From assembly GCA_963667785.2 (NCBI GenBank), contig CAXXMU010000006.1, positions 800,001 through 864,000 of the forward strand: a DNA stretch of 64,000 nucleotides. The letters are read 5' to 3'. The DNA is from Alphaproteobacteria bacterium (GTDB lineage Bacteria > Pseudomonadota > Alphaproteobacteria > UBA828). Made by a program: the position numbers and the translations under genes. The notes under the pieces were generated by a model. That model saw nothing but the letters and a program-made list of their open reading frames with translations, was not told the DNA's origin and searched no databases. Shown here in pieces: positions 9,326 to 18,913 of the stretch (position 1 is the stretch's first letter; each line of letters begins with the position of its first letter).

Positions 9326-11476
9326 GTGATCCGGCAATACGAACTCGTCGAGCGCGTCAAGAGCTACGAGCCCACCGCGGACGAGGCTCTGCTGAACCGC
9401 GCCTACGTCTTCTCCATAAAGGCGCACGGCAAGCAGACCCGCGCCAGCGGCGACCCCTACTTCGCCCATCCCATCGAGGTCGCCGGCATCCTGACCGAGC
9501 TCAAGCTCGACAGCACCTCCATCGCCACCGCGCTGCTCCACGACACCGTCGAGGACACCGGCGCTACCATCGACGACATCAGCAAGCTCTTCGGCGAGGA
9601 GACCGCGCGCCTCGTCGACGGCGTGACCAAGCTGGGCCAGCTGGAGCTGCAGTCGGACCAGGCGCGGCAGGCGGAGAACCTGCGCAAGTTCCTGCTCGCC
9701 ATGTCGGAGGACATCCGCGTCCTCCTCGTCAAGCTGGCCGACCGGCTGCACAACATGCGCACGCTCCACCACGTGCCCGACGAGGACAAGCGCCGCCGCA
9801 TCGCCATGGAGACGATGGAGATCTACGCGCCGCTGGCGGAGCGGATCGGCCTGCAGCCCTTCAAGGCGGAGCTGGAGGATCTCGCCTTCAAGGAGCTCAA
9901 CCCGGTCGGCTTCAGCTCGATGGAGGCGCGGCTCGACTCGTTGCGCGACCAGGCCGGCGGCATGGTGGAGAGGGTGACCGAATCGCTTACGGCGACGCTC
10001 AGGAGCCAGCGTCTCCGCGCCTCCGTCTCCGGACGCGAGAAGCGGCCCTACTCGATCTGGCAGAAGATGCAGCGCAAGAAGCTCGCCTTCGAGCAGCTCA
10101 CCGACATCGTGGGCTTCCGCGTCGTCACCGATGCCGAGGAGGACTGCTACCGGGCGCTCGGTATCGTCCACCGCGCCTATCCGATGGTACCGGGGCGCTT
10201 CAAGGACTACATCTCGACGCCCAAGCCCAACGGCTACCGCTCGCTCCACACCACCGTCATCGGGCCCGAGCAGCGGCGCATCGAGATCCAGATCCGCACG
10301 CGGGACATGCACGAGGAGGCGGAGTACGGCGTCGCCGCCCACTGGCTGTTCAAGCAGGCGGACGAGGGGCGCGACGACCGCCAGCAGCGCTGGCTGCGCC
10401 CCCTGCTCGAGATCCTCGACAAGGCCGCCGGGCCCGAGGAGCTGCTGGAGCACACCAAGCTGGAGATGTTCCAGGACGAGGTGTTCTGCTTTTCCCCGCG
10501 CGGCGCGCTGATCACGCTCCCGCGCGGCGCCACCCCGGTCGACTTCGCCTACGCGGTGCACACCGACGTGGGCGACACCACGGTCGGCGCCAAGGTCAAC
10601 GGGCGCCTGGTGCCGCTCTGGACCCAGCTTGAGAACGGCGATCAGGTCGAGATCCTGCGCTCCAGCGTGCCGCAGCCGCAGCCGGCCTGGGAGAGCTTCG
10701 TCGCGACCGGCAAGGCGCGCGCCTGCATCCGCCGCTTCACCCGGCTGAAGGAGCGCGAGCAGTTCGTGACCCTCGGCCGGGCGGTTGCGGAAAAGCTCTT
10801 TCGCGAGGCCGGCGCCGACTATTCCGAGGCGCTGCTGGAGAGCGCGCTCAAGCCGCTCAAGCAGCGCAGCACGGGCGATCTGCTGGCCGCGCTCGGACGC
10901 GGCGACCTGACCAGCGGCGAGGTCGCCGATACCCTCTTCCCCGCCCGCAGGCTCCAGGGCATCGCGCGACGCGCGCTCTCGGTGGCGCGGGGGCGGCGCG
11001 GCGCCAAGGCCGGCGACAGCGGCATACCGGTGCGCGGCCTGATCCCGGGCATGGCGGTGCATCTCGCCGAGTGCTGCAACCCGCTGCCCGGCGAGCGGAT
11101 CGTCGGCATCGTCACCACCGGCAAGGGGGCGACGATCCACACCATCGACTGCGACACGCTGGAGAGCTTCGGCGACACGCCCGAGCGCTGGCTCGATCTC
11201 GCCTGGGAGGCGGACGCGGAAGAGAAGGGCGTGCATGTCGGCCGTCTCAACCTCGTCGTCGCCAACGAGACCGGCAGCTTGAGTAAGCTAACGACAGCAA
11301 TTGCCAAGAACAACGGAAACATAAGTAATCTCAAAATAACCAATCGGTCTCTCGATTTTTTCGAGATGATGGTCGATGTCGAGGTAAAGGACGTTCGTCA
11401 CCTCGGAAATATTGTAGCAGCCTTGCGTGCAGTCACACCCGTGAGCAGCGTCGAGCGCGAGCGGACGCGACACTGA
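9326..11476 (+). CDS. spoT: Bifunctional (p)ppGpp synthetase/hydrolase (RSH)
   Basis: HD domain (LLHDTVED), synthetase (KPNGYRSLHT, EIQIRT), TGS, AECCNPLPG and a C-terminal ACT domain. Confidence 0.96.
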   Translation: MIRQYELVERVKSYEPTADEALLNRAYVFSIKAHGKQTRASGDPYFAHPIEVAGILTELKLDSTSIATALLHDTVEDTGATIDDISKLFGEETARLVDGVTKLGQLELQSDQARQAENLRKFLLAMSEDIRVLLVKLADRLHNMRTLHHVPDEDKRRRIAMETMEIYAPLAERIGLQPFKAELEDLAFKELNPVGFSSMEARLDSLRDQAGGMVERVTESLTATLRSQRLRASVSGREKRPYSIWQKMQRKKLAFEQLTDIVGFRVVTDAEEDCYRALGIVHRAYPMVPGRFKDYISTPKPNGYRSLHTTVIGPEQRRIEIQIRTRDMHEEAEYGVAAHWLFKQADEGRDDRQQRWLRPLLEILDKAAGPEELLEHTKLEMFQDEVFCFSPRGALITLPRGATPVDFAYAVHTDVGDTTVGAKVNGRLVPLWTQLENGDQVEILRSSVPQPQPAWESFVATGKARACIRRFTRLKEREQFVTLGRAVAEKLFREAGADYSEALLESALKPLKQRSTGDLLAALGRGDLTSGEVADTLFPARRLQGIARRALSVARGRRGAKAGDSGIPVRGLIPGMAVHLAECCNPLPGERIVGIVTTGKGATIHTIDCDTLESFGDTPERWLDLAWEADAEEKGVHVGRLNLVVANETGSLSKLTTAIAKNNGNISNLKITNRSLDFFEMMVDVEVKDVRHLGNIVAALRAVTPVSSVERERTRH

Positions 11477-11590
11477 GCCGGCATCCGGGGCCGCCGCCGG
11501 GGGGCCGCAAATTGATAAATCGGCGCCCCGGACGTATCATCCGTGACCGCCGCCGCGCGCCGGCGCGGAGCGAACAGGGAGGGAGCCAGG

Positions 11591-12925
11591 GTGTCCCAGG
11601 CACACCAGACGGGTCTCACGGAGCGGGAGGACGAGCCGGCGAGCGCCGAGCTGACCGACCGGGAGACGGGAGGCACGGTCGATCTGCCGGTCCTCGAGGG
11701 CACGATGGGGCCGGCGGTGATCGACATCCGCTCGCTCTACGCCGGCACGGGCAAGTTCTCCTACGACCCGGGCTACACCTCGACCGGCTCGTGCAAGTCC
11801 AACATCACCTATATCGACGGCGAGCAGGGCGTGCTGCTGCACCGCGGCTATCCCATCGACGAGCTGGCGGCCTACAGCGACTTCCTCGAGGTCGCCTACC
11901 TGCTGCTCCACGGCGAGCTGCCCAACGCGGGCGAGAAGAACGGCTTCGTCGACACCATCACCCACCACACGATGGTGCACGAGCAGATCAACTATCTCTA
12001 TCGCGGCTTCCGCCGCGATTCCCACCCGATGGCGGTGATGATCGGCGTGGTCGGCGCGCTCGCCGCCTTCTATCACGACACCACCGATATCGAGGATCCC
12101 AAGCAGCGCATGATCGCCTCGCACCGGCTGATCGCGAAGATGCCGACCTTCGCGGCGATGGCGTACAAGTACAATATCGGCCAGCCCTTCGTGTATCCGC
12201 GCAACGACCTCACCTACGCCGAGAACTTCCTGCACATGATGTTCGCGGTGCCGTGCGAGGACTATCAGATCAACCCGATCCACGCGCGGGCGATGGACCG
12301 CATCCTGATCCTCCACGCTGACCATGAGCAGAACGCCTCGACATCGACGGTGCGGCTCGCGGGCTCCTCGGGCGCCAACCCCTATGCCTGCATCGCGGCC
12401 GGCATCGCGACGCTGTGGGGGCCGGCCCACGGCGGCGCCAACGAGGCGGTCCTCCAGATGCTCGAGGAGATCGGCACGGTCGACCAGATCCCGGCCTTCA
12501 TCGCGCGGGCGAAGGACAAGGACGATTCCTTCCGGCTCATGGGCTTCGGCCACCGGGTCTACAAGAACTACGACCCCCGTGCGACGGTCCTGCGGGAGAC
12601 CTGCCACGAGGTCCTCGACGATCTCGGCATCAGCGACGAGCTGCTCAGGATCGCCATGGAGCTGGAGCGGATCGCGCTGGAGGACGAGTATTTCGTCGAG
12701 CGGAAGCTCTACCCCAACGTCGACTTCTACTCGGGCCTCATCCTGCAGGCGCTCGGCATCCCGACCCGCATCTTCACGGTGATCTTCGCGCTCGCGCGCA
12801 CCGTCGGCTGGGTGGCGCAGTGGAACGAGATGATCGGGGATCCCGAGCAGAAGATCGGCAGGCCGCGCCAGCTCTACACCGGACCGGCGCAGCGCCCCTT
12901 CCTCCCGCTGAGGGAGCGGCCGTAG
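11591..12925 (+). CDS. gltA: Type II citrate synthase
   Basis: [47 protein letters not shown]. Start uncertain (GTG 11591 after GGGAG, or 11543). Confidence 0.95.
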   Translation: MSQAHQTGLTEREDEPASAELTDRETGGTVDLPVLEGTMGPAVIDIRSLYAGTGKFSYDPGYTSTGSCKSNITYIDGEQGVLLHRGYPIDELAAYSDFLEVAYLLLHGELPNAGEKNGFVDTITHHTMVHEQINYLYRGFRRDSHPMAVMIGVVGALAAFYHDTTDIEDPKQRMIASHRLIAKMPTFAAMAYKYNIGQPFVYPRNDLTYAENFLHMMFAVPCEDYQINPIHARAMDRILILHADHEQNASTSTVRLAGSSGANPYACIAAGIATLWGPAHGGANEAVLQMLEEIGTVDQIPAFIARAKDKDDSFRLMGFGHRVYKNYDPRATVLRETCHEVLDDLGISDELLRIAMELERIALEDEYFVERKLYPNVDFYSGLILQALGIPTRIFTVIFALARTVGWVAQWNEMIGDPEQKIGRPRQLYTGPAQRPFLPLRERP

Positions 12926-12943
12926 ACGCCAGCCCGCAGGGAA

Positions 12944-13019
12944 TGGCGTCCCCAGGGGGACTCGAACCCCCGTTTCCGGCGTGAGAGGCCGGTGTCCTAG
13001 GCCACTAGACGATGGGGAC
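12944..13019 (-). tRNA. tRNA-Glu, anticodon CTC
   Basis: Reverse complement GTCCCCATCGTCTAGTGGCCTAGGACACCGGCCTCTCACGCCGGAAACGGGGGTTCGAGTCCCCCTGGGGACGCCA: 76-nt cloverleaf, CCGGC/GCCGG anticodon stem, TTCGA T-loop, encoded CCA. Confidence 0.97.
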
Positions 13020-13084
13020 GCGGCCCACCGGGGATACCCCAGAAAGGCCGCGAACTCAACAGCCCGCGCGCGGCAGGCTGCGGG

Positions 13085-14134
13085 CTACGCCGCCTCGGCA
13101 GCAAGGCGCCGCGCGGTCTCGATCAGCGCATCCACCTCGCCCTCCCCGGTGTCGTGCCGGGTGACGAGGCGGATCGTGGTCGCCGCAGGATCGGTCTCGG
13201 GCCAGCGATAGAAGAGGACGCCGGCCCCGGCCAGCCCGTCGATCACCGCCGCCGGCAGCGTGACGAAGATCTCGTTGGCCTCTGCCGGCGCCGCGAGCGA
13301 CGCTCCCGGCACGGCCTCGAGGCCGGCAGCGAGCCGACGTGCCTGGCGGTTGGCGCGTTCCGCCAGCCCGAGCCAGAGGCCGCCCCGGACGTAAGCCCCG
13401 AGCTGGGCCGAGACGAAGCGCATCTTGGAGAGGAGCTGGCCCGCGCGCTTGTGGCGGAAGGCGAGGTCGGCCGCGCGGCTACGGTCGAAGAGCACGATGG
13501 CCTCGGCCGCCAACGCGCCGTTCTTGGTGGCGCCGAAGGAGAGCGCATCCACGCCGGCCTGCCAGGTGAGCGCGGCCGGGCTCTCGCCGCCGGCCGCCAC
13601 CGCATTGCCGAAGCGGGCGCCGTCCATGTGGACGGCGAGGCCGTGGCGGCGCGCGATCCCGGTCAGCGCCCGGAGCTCGTCGGGCGTGTAGACCTGGCCC
13701 ATCTCGGTCGGCTGGGTGAGGCTGAGGCAGGCCGGCTGCGACCAGTGAACCTCGCCCGCGCCGGCTGCGGCGAGCGCCGCCTCCAGCGCCTGCGGCACGA
13801 TCTTGCCGAGGGGCGCCTCGATGCCGGCGACCTTGGCGCCGCCGGTCATGAACTCGGGCGCGCCGCACTCGTCGTTCTCGACATGGGCGTCGCGGGCCGC
13901 GTAGATCACGCCCCAGGGCGGGGTGAGCGCGGCCACCGCGAGCGCGTTCGCCGCGGTCCCCGTCACCACGGGGAAGACGCTCACCTCGGTCTCGAAGAGG
14001 GCGGAGAACGCCGGCTCAAGCCCCTCGGTCCAGGGGTCGCCGCCATAGGGCGTGGCGCTCGCCCGCGCCGCCTCGGCCACGGCTTCCACGATCTCGGGCG
14101 CAGCCGAGGCCACGTTGTCGCTGCGAAAGTCCAT
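13085..14134 (-). CDS. ltaE: Low-specificity L-threonine aldolase (PLP-dependent)
   Basis: MDFRSDN, GTAANAL, HMDGARF and SFGATKNG (PLP lysine). Confidence 0.88.
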   Translation of the reverse strand: MDFRSDNVASAAPEIVEAVAEAARASATPYGGDPWTEGLEPAFSALFETEVSVFPVVTGTAANALAVAALTPPWGVIYAARDAHVENDECGAPEFMTGGAKVAGIEAPLGKIVPQALEAALAAAGAGEVHWSQPACLSLTQPTEMGQVYTPDELRALTGIARRHGLAVHMDGARFGNAVAAGGESPAALTWQAGVDALSFGATKNGALAAEAIVLFDRSRAADLAFRHKRAGQLLSKMRFVSAQLGAYVRGGLWLGLAERANRQARRLAAGLEAVPGASLAAPAEANEIFVTLPAAVIDGLAGAGVLFYRWPETDPAATTIRLVTRHDTGEGEVDALIETARRLAAEAA

Positions 14135-14156
14135 GTCGGCTCCGTCTCCTCCGGGC

Positions 14157-14606
14157 TCACGCCTCCCTGCCGCCGAGCTCGAGCCCGAGCGGCAGGAAGG
14201 CCGCGCCGTCCGCCGTCGGCCGCCAGCCCGTGGTGGCGCCGGCGTGGCCGCCGGCGACGGCGGTGATGAGCCAGACCATCGCCGGCTCGAAGATCATGGC
14301 TCGATCGGTCGCGGAAGGCCCGGCGCTGCCGTCGGGATGGGAGTGATAGACGCCGACGACCGAGTCCTGGCCATCGCGCAGGTCCCGCTCCAGCCTGAGC
14401 CGGAGCCTGGGGTCGACCTCGAAGCGCCGCGTGCGCGGCGGCTCGGCGACGTTGGCGCTGGCCTCGACCCGGCTCACCCGCACCGCGCCGTCGGCCGCGC
14501 GACGCCCGACGAGCAGCCCGCATGCCTCCTCCGGGTAGGCCGCCTCGGCCGCGGCCTCGATGGCCCGGAGCTGCGCCGCCGTGAGCCGGACCCGCGTGGC
14601 GCTCAC
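14157..14606 (-). CDS. JAB/MPN+ (M67) metallopeptidase
   Basis: YPEEACGLL and JAMM motif YHSHPDG..PSATD. GTG 14606 overlaps the upstream stop. Confidence 0.88.
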   Translation of the reverse strand: MSATRVRLTAAQLRAIEAAAEAAYPEEACGLLVGRRAADGAVRVSRVEASANVAEPPRTRRFEVDPRLRLRLERDLRDGQDSVVGVYHSHPDGSAGPSATDRAMIFEPAMVWLITAVAGGHAGATTGWRPTADGAAFLPLGLELGGREA

Positions 14607-14962
14607 GGCCCGCCTTCGAGCCCGATGGCGGCGACCACGCCGCCGCTCCGCAGGTCGACGATGACGATCCGCTCGCCGGCTTCGGGCACGGCGACCACGA
14701 GGATGAGGCGGTGGCCCGCCGTGGTCATCTGCCGCACCTCCGAGCCCGCAGGCAGCCCCAGATCGCCCGGCGCGGGCGGCGGCGGCAGGGCGGCGTCGGG
14801 CGCAAGCCCCGCGCCGGCCTCGTCCGCCACCACCTCGCCATCGTCGCCGCTCAGCTCGGCCAGCTCCTCGCCCTTCTCGACGAGCTTGAGGCCGATCACG
14901 ACGAGACCCGCCGCGATCATCACCCCGAGAACGATGACGATGATCTTGAGATAGGTGATCAT
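14603..14962 (-). CDS. Small single-pass membrane hypothetical protein
   Basis: N-terminal hydrophobic helix LKIIVIVLGVMIAAGLVVIG and a beta-rich C-terminus; coupled to the JAB gene. Confidence 0.7.
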   Translation of the reverse strand: MITYLKIIVIVLGVMIAAGLVVIGLKLVEKGEELAELSGDDGEVVADEAGAGLAPDAALPPPPAPGDLGLPAGSEVRQMTTAGHRLILVVAVPEAGERIVIVDLRSGGVVAAIGLEGGP

Positions 14963-14976
14963 GGCCCGTACCGGAT

Positions 14977-15966
14977 ATGAGCACCGCCACTGAGACGCGC
15001 CGCCGCTTCACCGTCGCCCGGGCGGACTCGCGCGCGCGGCTCGACCGGCTGCTGGCGGACCTCGTGCCGGCGCTTTCCCGCTCGCGGCTCAAGACGCTGA
15101 TCGAGACCGGCCGGGTCTCGATCGCCGGCGAGACGATAACGGAGCCGGGATACAGGGTCAAACCGGGCCAGCAGGTGACGCTCGTGATCCCGCCGCCGGC
15201 CGACGAGACGCCGCGCGCCCAGGCGATTCCGCTCAGCATCGCCCATGAGGACGAGCATCTGATCGTGGTGGACAAGCCCGCCGGCCTGGTGGTCCACCCC
15301 GCGCCGGGCAACCCCGACCGCACGCTGGTCAACGCGCTGGTCGCCCATTGCGGCGCTTCTCTCTCGGGCATCGGCGGGGTGCGGCGGCCGGGCATCGTCC
15401 ATCGGCTCGACAAGGACACGAGCGGCCTCCTGGTCGCGGCCAAGAACGATGCCGCGCACCGGGGGCTCGCGGCGCAGTTCGCCTCGAAGCAGCTGAGCCG
15501 GACCTATCGGGCGGTGGTCTGGGGGACGCCCCGGCCGGCCGAGGGCCGGATCGAGGGCGCCATCGGGCGCGATCCCCGCAACCGCAAGCGGATGGCGGTG
15601 CGCGCGCATGGCGGCAAGCCGGCGCTCACGCACTATCGTGTGCTACAATCACCGGGCGCGCTCTGGAGCGTCGTCGAATGCCGGCTGGAGACCGGACGCA
15701 CCCACCAGATTCGGGTGCATCTGGCGCACGCGGGGCATCCGTTGCTGGGCGATGCGCTCTATGGCGGGAGCCGGCGGCGGCACGTGGGCGAGCAGGGGCG
15801 GGCCGCGCTCGCACACTGCCCGCGCCAGGCGCTGCACGCCGCCGGGCTCGGCTTCGTCCACCCGGTGAGCGGCGCGCCGCTCAGCTTCGAGAGCCCCCTG
15901 CCGGCGGACATGCGCGAACTGATCGAAGCCTTGCGAGCCGTTGACATAAGAGTAACAAAGACTTGA
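14977..15966 (+). CDS. rluD: 23S rRNA pseudouridine synthase RluD (RluA family)
   Basis: S4 domain, KPAGLVVHPAPG, RPGIVHRLDKDTSG, ETGRTHQIRVH. Confidence 0.93.
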   Translation: MSTATETRRRFTVARADSRARLDRLLADLVPALSRSRLKTLIETGRVSIAGETITEPGYRVKPGQQVTLVIPPPADETPRAQAIPLSIAHEDEHLIVVDKPAGLVVHPAPGNPDRTLVNALVAHCGASLSGIGGVRRPGIVHRLDKDTSGLLVAAKNDAAHRGLAAQFASKQLSRTYRAVVWGTPRPAEGRIEGAIGRDPRNRKRMAVRAHGGKPALTHYRVLQSPGALWSVVECRLETGRTHQIRVHLAHAGHPLLGDALYGGSRRRHVGEQGRAALAHCPRQALHAAGLGFVHPVSGAPLSFESPLPADMRELIEALRAVDIRVTKT

Positions 15967-15981
15967 CATAATAGGAATTGC

Positions 15982-16011
15982 CTTGAAAGAGCCGCATTTG
16001 AGGGCCAATTC
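15982..16011 (+). promoter_or_regulatory. Putative sigma32-type promoter of rpoH
   Basis: CTTGAA (15982-15987), 17-nt spacer, CCAATT (16005-16010); resembles the heat-shock promoter consensus. Confidence 0.5.
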
Positions 16012-16086
16012 TAAGAGCGAACCCGCAGAGCCGGAACGGGCGCCTGCGGGGGCACGGAGGGTCTCGCGAGCAGGAGGGATGGAACG

Positions 16087-16998
16087 ATGACAGCCCGCAC
16101 CGTCCCCATACCGGCAACCGTGGAGGGGAGCAGCGTCTCCCGCTATCTCCGCGAGATCAGGCAATTCCCGCTCCTCACGCCCGAGGAGGAGTTCATGCTG
16201 GCCAAGCGCTGGCGTGAGCACGACGATGCCGAGGCCGCGCACCGGCTGGTGACCAGCCACCTGCGCCTCGTCGCCAAGATCGCGATGGGCTATCGCGGCT
16301 ACGGGCTGCCGGTGGGCGAGCTGATCTCCGAAGGCAATATCGGCCTCATGCAGGCGGTCAAGCGCTTCGATCCGGACCGCGGCTTCCGGCTCGCGACCTA
16401 CGCCATGTGGTGGATCCGCGCCTCGATGCAGGAATACATCCTGCATTCCTGGTCGCTGGTGAAGATGGGCACCACGGCCGCGCAGAAGAAGCTGTTCTTC
16501 AACCTGCGCAAGCTCAAGGGCGAGATCGAGGCGATCGACGACGGCGACCTGACGCCGGAGCAGGTGGAGCACATCGCCACCGCGCTCAACGTCTCGCACA
16601 ACGACGTGATCTCCATGAACCGGCGGATGAGCGGGCCGGACCAGTCGCTCAACGCGCCCGTCCGCGAGGAAGGCGGCGGCGAGTGGCAGGACTGGCTGGA
16701 GGACTCGGGCGAGAGCCAGGAGAGCACCGTCCTCGAGGCGAACGAGCTGGACCACCGGCGGCAGCTCTTCAGCGACTCCCTCGAGGTGCTGACCGATCGC
16801 GAGCAGCATATCTTGGCCGAGCGGCGGCTGAAGGAAGAGCCCACGACGCTGGAGCAGCTCAGCCAGCACTACGGGGTCTCGCGCGAGCGCATCCGCCAGA
16901 TCGAGGAGCGCGCCTTCAAGAAGCTGCAGAAGGCGATGCGCGCGGCCCACCGCCGCCAGCGGGAGGAGGCCGCGTCAGCGGCGGCAGCGCTGCACTAG
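16087..16998 (+). CDS. rpoH: RNA polymerase sigma-32 factor
   Basis: RpoH box QKKLFFNLRK, SHLRLVAKIAMGYRGYGLP, VSRERIRQIE. Confidence 0.96.
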   Translation: MTARTVPIPATVEGSSVSRYLREIRQFPLLTPEEEFMLAKRWREHDDAEAAHRLVTSHLRLVAKIAMGYRGYGLPVGELISEGNIGLMQAVKRFDPDRGFRLATYAMWWIRASMQEYILHSWSLVKMGTTAAQKKLFFNLRKLKGEIEAIDDGDLTPEQVEHIATALNVSHNDVISMNRRMSGPDQSLNAPVREEGGGEWQDWLEDSGESQESTVLEANELDHRRQLFSDSLEVLTDREQHILAERRLKEEPTTLEQLSQHYGVSRERIRQIEERAFKKLQKAMRAAHRRQREEAASAAAALH

Positions 16999-17037
16999 GC
17001 CGGAATTCTCACCAGGTCGGGGCCTGCGGCGCGTGCC

Positions 17038-17628
17038 TCAGCGCCCCATGGCGTAGTATTCGCGGTTGGGGCGCATGTCGATGGCGGCTGCCAGCCTGTT
17101 CGTCATGTTGTAGAAGCCCGCGACCTCGGCGATGTCGAAGATGTCCTCGTCGCTGAAGCCCGCCTTCCTGAGCGCCGCGCGGTCCGCTTTGCCCACCGCA
17201 TCGGGGCTCTCGCTCAGCTTCCAGACGAAATCCAGCATCGCGCGCTGGCGTGCCGGGAGCGCTGCCGCGCGGTAGTTGGCGACGAGCTGGTCGCCGAGGA
17301 CCGCATCGCCCGCAAGGAGGCGGACCTGCGCGCCGTGGGCCACGAGGCAGTAGTGGCAGTGGTTCACGCAGGAGACGACGACGGCGATCATCTCCCGCTC
17401 CAGCGCGGTGAGGCCGGACTCGCCCAGCATCAGCTCGTTGTTGTAGCGGCGGAAGAGCTCGAACTTGCGGGGCCGGAGCGTGTAGGAGCGGAGCACGTTC
17501 GGCACGAAGCCGATCTTCTCCAGGCAGCGCGCGAAGACGGCGCGAATCTCCGGCGGGTTCCTGCGTTGATCGGGCAGGCGGAGCTCATGGACGCGGTCCG
17601 CCCGGCGCACGCCTCGCTTGGCTGGCAT
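17038..17628 (-). CDS. AhpD-like peroxidase-related enzyme
   Basis: GFVPNV, EREMIAVVVS..NHCHYCLVAHG (CxxC), FYNMTNR. Confidence 0.85.
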   Translation of the reverse strand: MPAKRGVRRADRVHELRLPDQRRNPPEIRAVFARCLEKIGFVPNVLRSYTLRPRKFELFRRYNNELMLGESGLTALEREMIAVVVSCVNHCHYCLVAHGAQVRLLAGDAVLGDQLVANYRAAALPARQRAMLDFVWKLSESPDAVGKADRAALRKAGFSDEDIFDIAEVAGFYNMTNRLAAAIDMRPNREYYAMGR

Positions 17629-17655
17629 CGGTCGTTCTCCCTGGAGGTGGTGCGC

Positions 17656-17832
17656 TTAGAGCGAGTCCGTCTGTGACGGACTCGCGACAGGCCGCGACCG
17701 CGGCCCGCCGCTTATGCGGCGCGCCCGCATCGTGCGCTCCGCGCGCGTCCCGCGCGACGGCGCCGGCCGGTCGCGACGGCAGGCGCGCAGTATCTGCGAC
17801 CGGCCGGCTGCCGTGAGCGACAAGACTCTCAA
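17656..17832 (+). repeat. Intergenic multi-hairpin repeat, copy 2 (right terminal hairpin absent)
   Basis: TTAGAGCGAGTCCGTCTGTGACGGACTCGCGACAGGCCGCGACCGCGGCCCGCCGCTTATGCGGCG..GCCGGCTGCCGTGAGCGACAAG. Confidence 0.9.
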
Positions 17833-18899
17833 CCGCACTGGGCGCGGTGGCGCAGCAGGTGATCGGCCAGCACGCACGCCATCATCGCCTCGCCCACCGG
17901 CACCGCGCGGATGCCGACGCAGGGATCGTGCCGGCCGCCGGTGGAGACCTCCGTCTCCTCGCCCTTGGCTGTAATGGTGCGGCGGGGCGTGCGGATCGAG
18001 CTCGTCGGCTTGACCGCGAAGCGCGCCACCACCGGCTGGCCGGTGGTGATGCCGCCGAGCACGCCGCCGGCATTGTTGCCGAGAAAGTACGGGCCGTCGT
18101 CGGACATGCGGATCTCGTCGCCGCTCGCGTCGCCGCTCATGGCGGCGGCCGCGAATCCGGCGCCGATCTCGACGCCCTTGACCGCGTTGATGCCCATCAT
18201 GGCGGCGGCGAGATCGGCGTCGAGCTTGCCGTAGACCGGCGCGCCGAGGCCCGCCGGCACACCGGCCGCCTCCACCTCGATGACGGCGCCGAGAGAGGTG
18301 CCGGCCTTGCGCGCCTCGTCGAGCGCCGCCTCCCAGGCCGGCACGGTCTCCGCGTCGGGGCAGAAGAGCGGGTTGCGCGCGCACTCCTCCCAGTCCCAGC
18401 GTGCGCGGTCGACGGTGCTCGGGCCGATCCGGATCACCGCGCCCCGGATCGTCACGCCGTCACCCAGGATCTTGCCCGCGATGGCGCCGGCGGCCACCCG
18501 CATCGCCGTCTCGCGCGCGCTGGCGCGGCCGCCGCCGCGATAGTCGCGGATGCCGAACTTCGCCTCGTAGGTAAAATCGGCGTGGCCGGGGCGATAGGTC
18601 TCCTTCAGCGGGCCGTAGTCGCGGCTGCGCGCGTCCTCGTTCTCGATCACCAGCGCGATCGGCGAGCCGGTCGTCCGGCCCTCGAAGACGCCGGAGAGGA
18701 TGCGCACGGTGTCGGACTCGCGCCGCTGGGTGACGAAGCGGGAGCTGCCGGGCCGGCGGCGGTCGAGCGCGGGCTGGATGTCGGATTCGGCGAGGGGAAT
18801 ACGCGGCGGCACGCCGTCGACGACGCAGCCGATCGCCGGCCCGTGGCTCTCGCCCCAGGTCGTGACCCGGAAGAGCAGGCCGAAGCTGTTGCTGGCCAT
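17829..18899 (-). CDS. aroC: Chorismate synthase
   Basis: [36 protein letters not shown]. Start ATG 18899. Confidence 0.96.
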   Translation of the reverse strand: MASNSFGLLFRVTTWGESHGPAIGCVVDGVPPRIPLAESDIQPALDRRRPGSSRFVTQRRESDTVRILSGVFEGRTTGSPIALVIENEDARSRDYGPLKETYRPGHADFTYEAKFGIRDYRGGGRASARETAMRVAAGAIAGKILGDGVTIRGAVIRIGPSTVDRARWDWEECARNPLFCPDAETVPAWEAALDEARKAGTSLGAVIEVEAAGVPAGLGAPVYGKLDADLAAAMMGINAVKGVEIGAGFAAAAMSGDASGDEIRMSDDGPYFLGNNAGGVLGGITTGQPVVARFAVKPTSSIRTPRRTITAKGEETEVSTGGRHDPCVGIRAVPVGEAMMACVLADHLLRHRAQCG

Positions 18900-18913
18900 G
18901 GCCGGGGGTGGCC

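Noticed and set aside
12944-13019. tRNA-Glu as an island integration site
   Set aside because: I saw no duplicate of the tRNA 3' end and no integrase; both flanks are housekeeping genes.
14157-14606. JAB protein as part of a CBASS or ubiquitin-like defence system
   Set aside because: No cyclase, E1/E2, ubiquitin-like protein or effector nearby; the context is housekeeping.
15939-15988. A complete dif site
   Set aside because: Only XerD-like arms are present. The positions expected for the XerC arm do not resemble it, so this is kept only as a half-site hypothesis.
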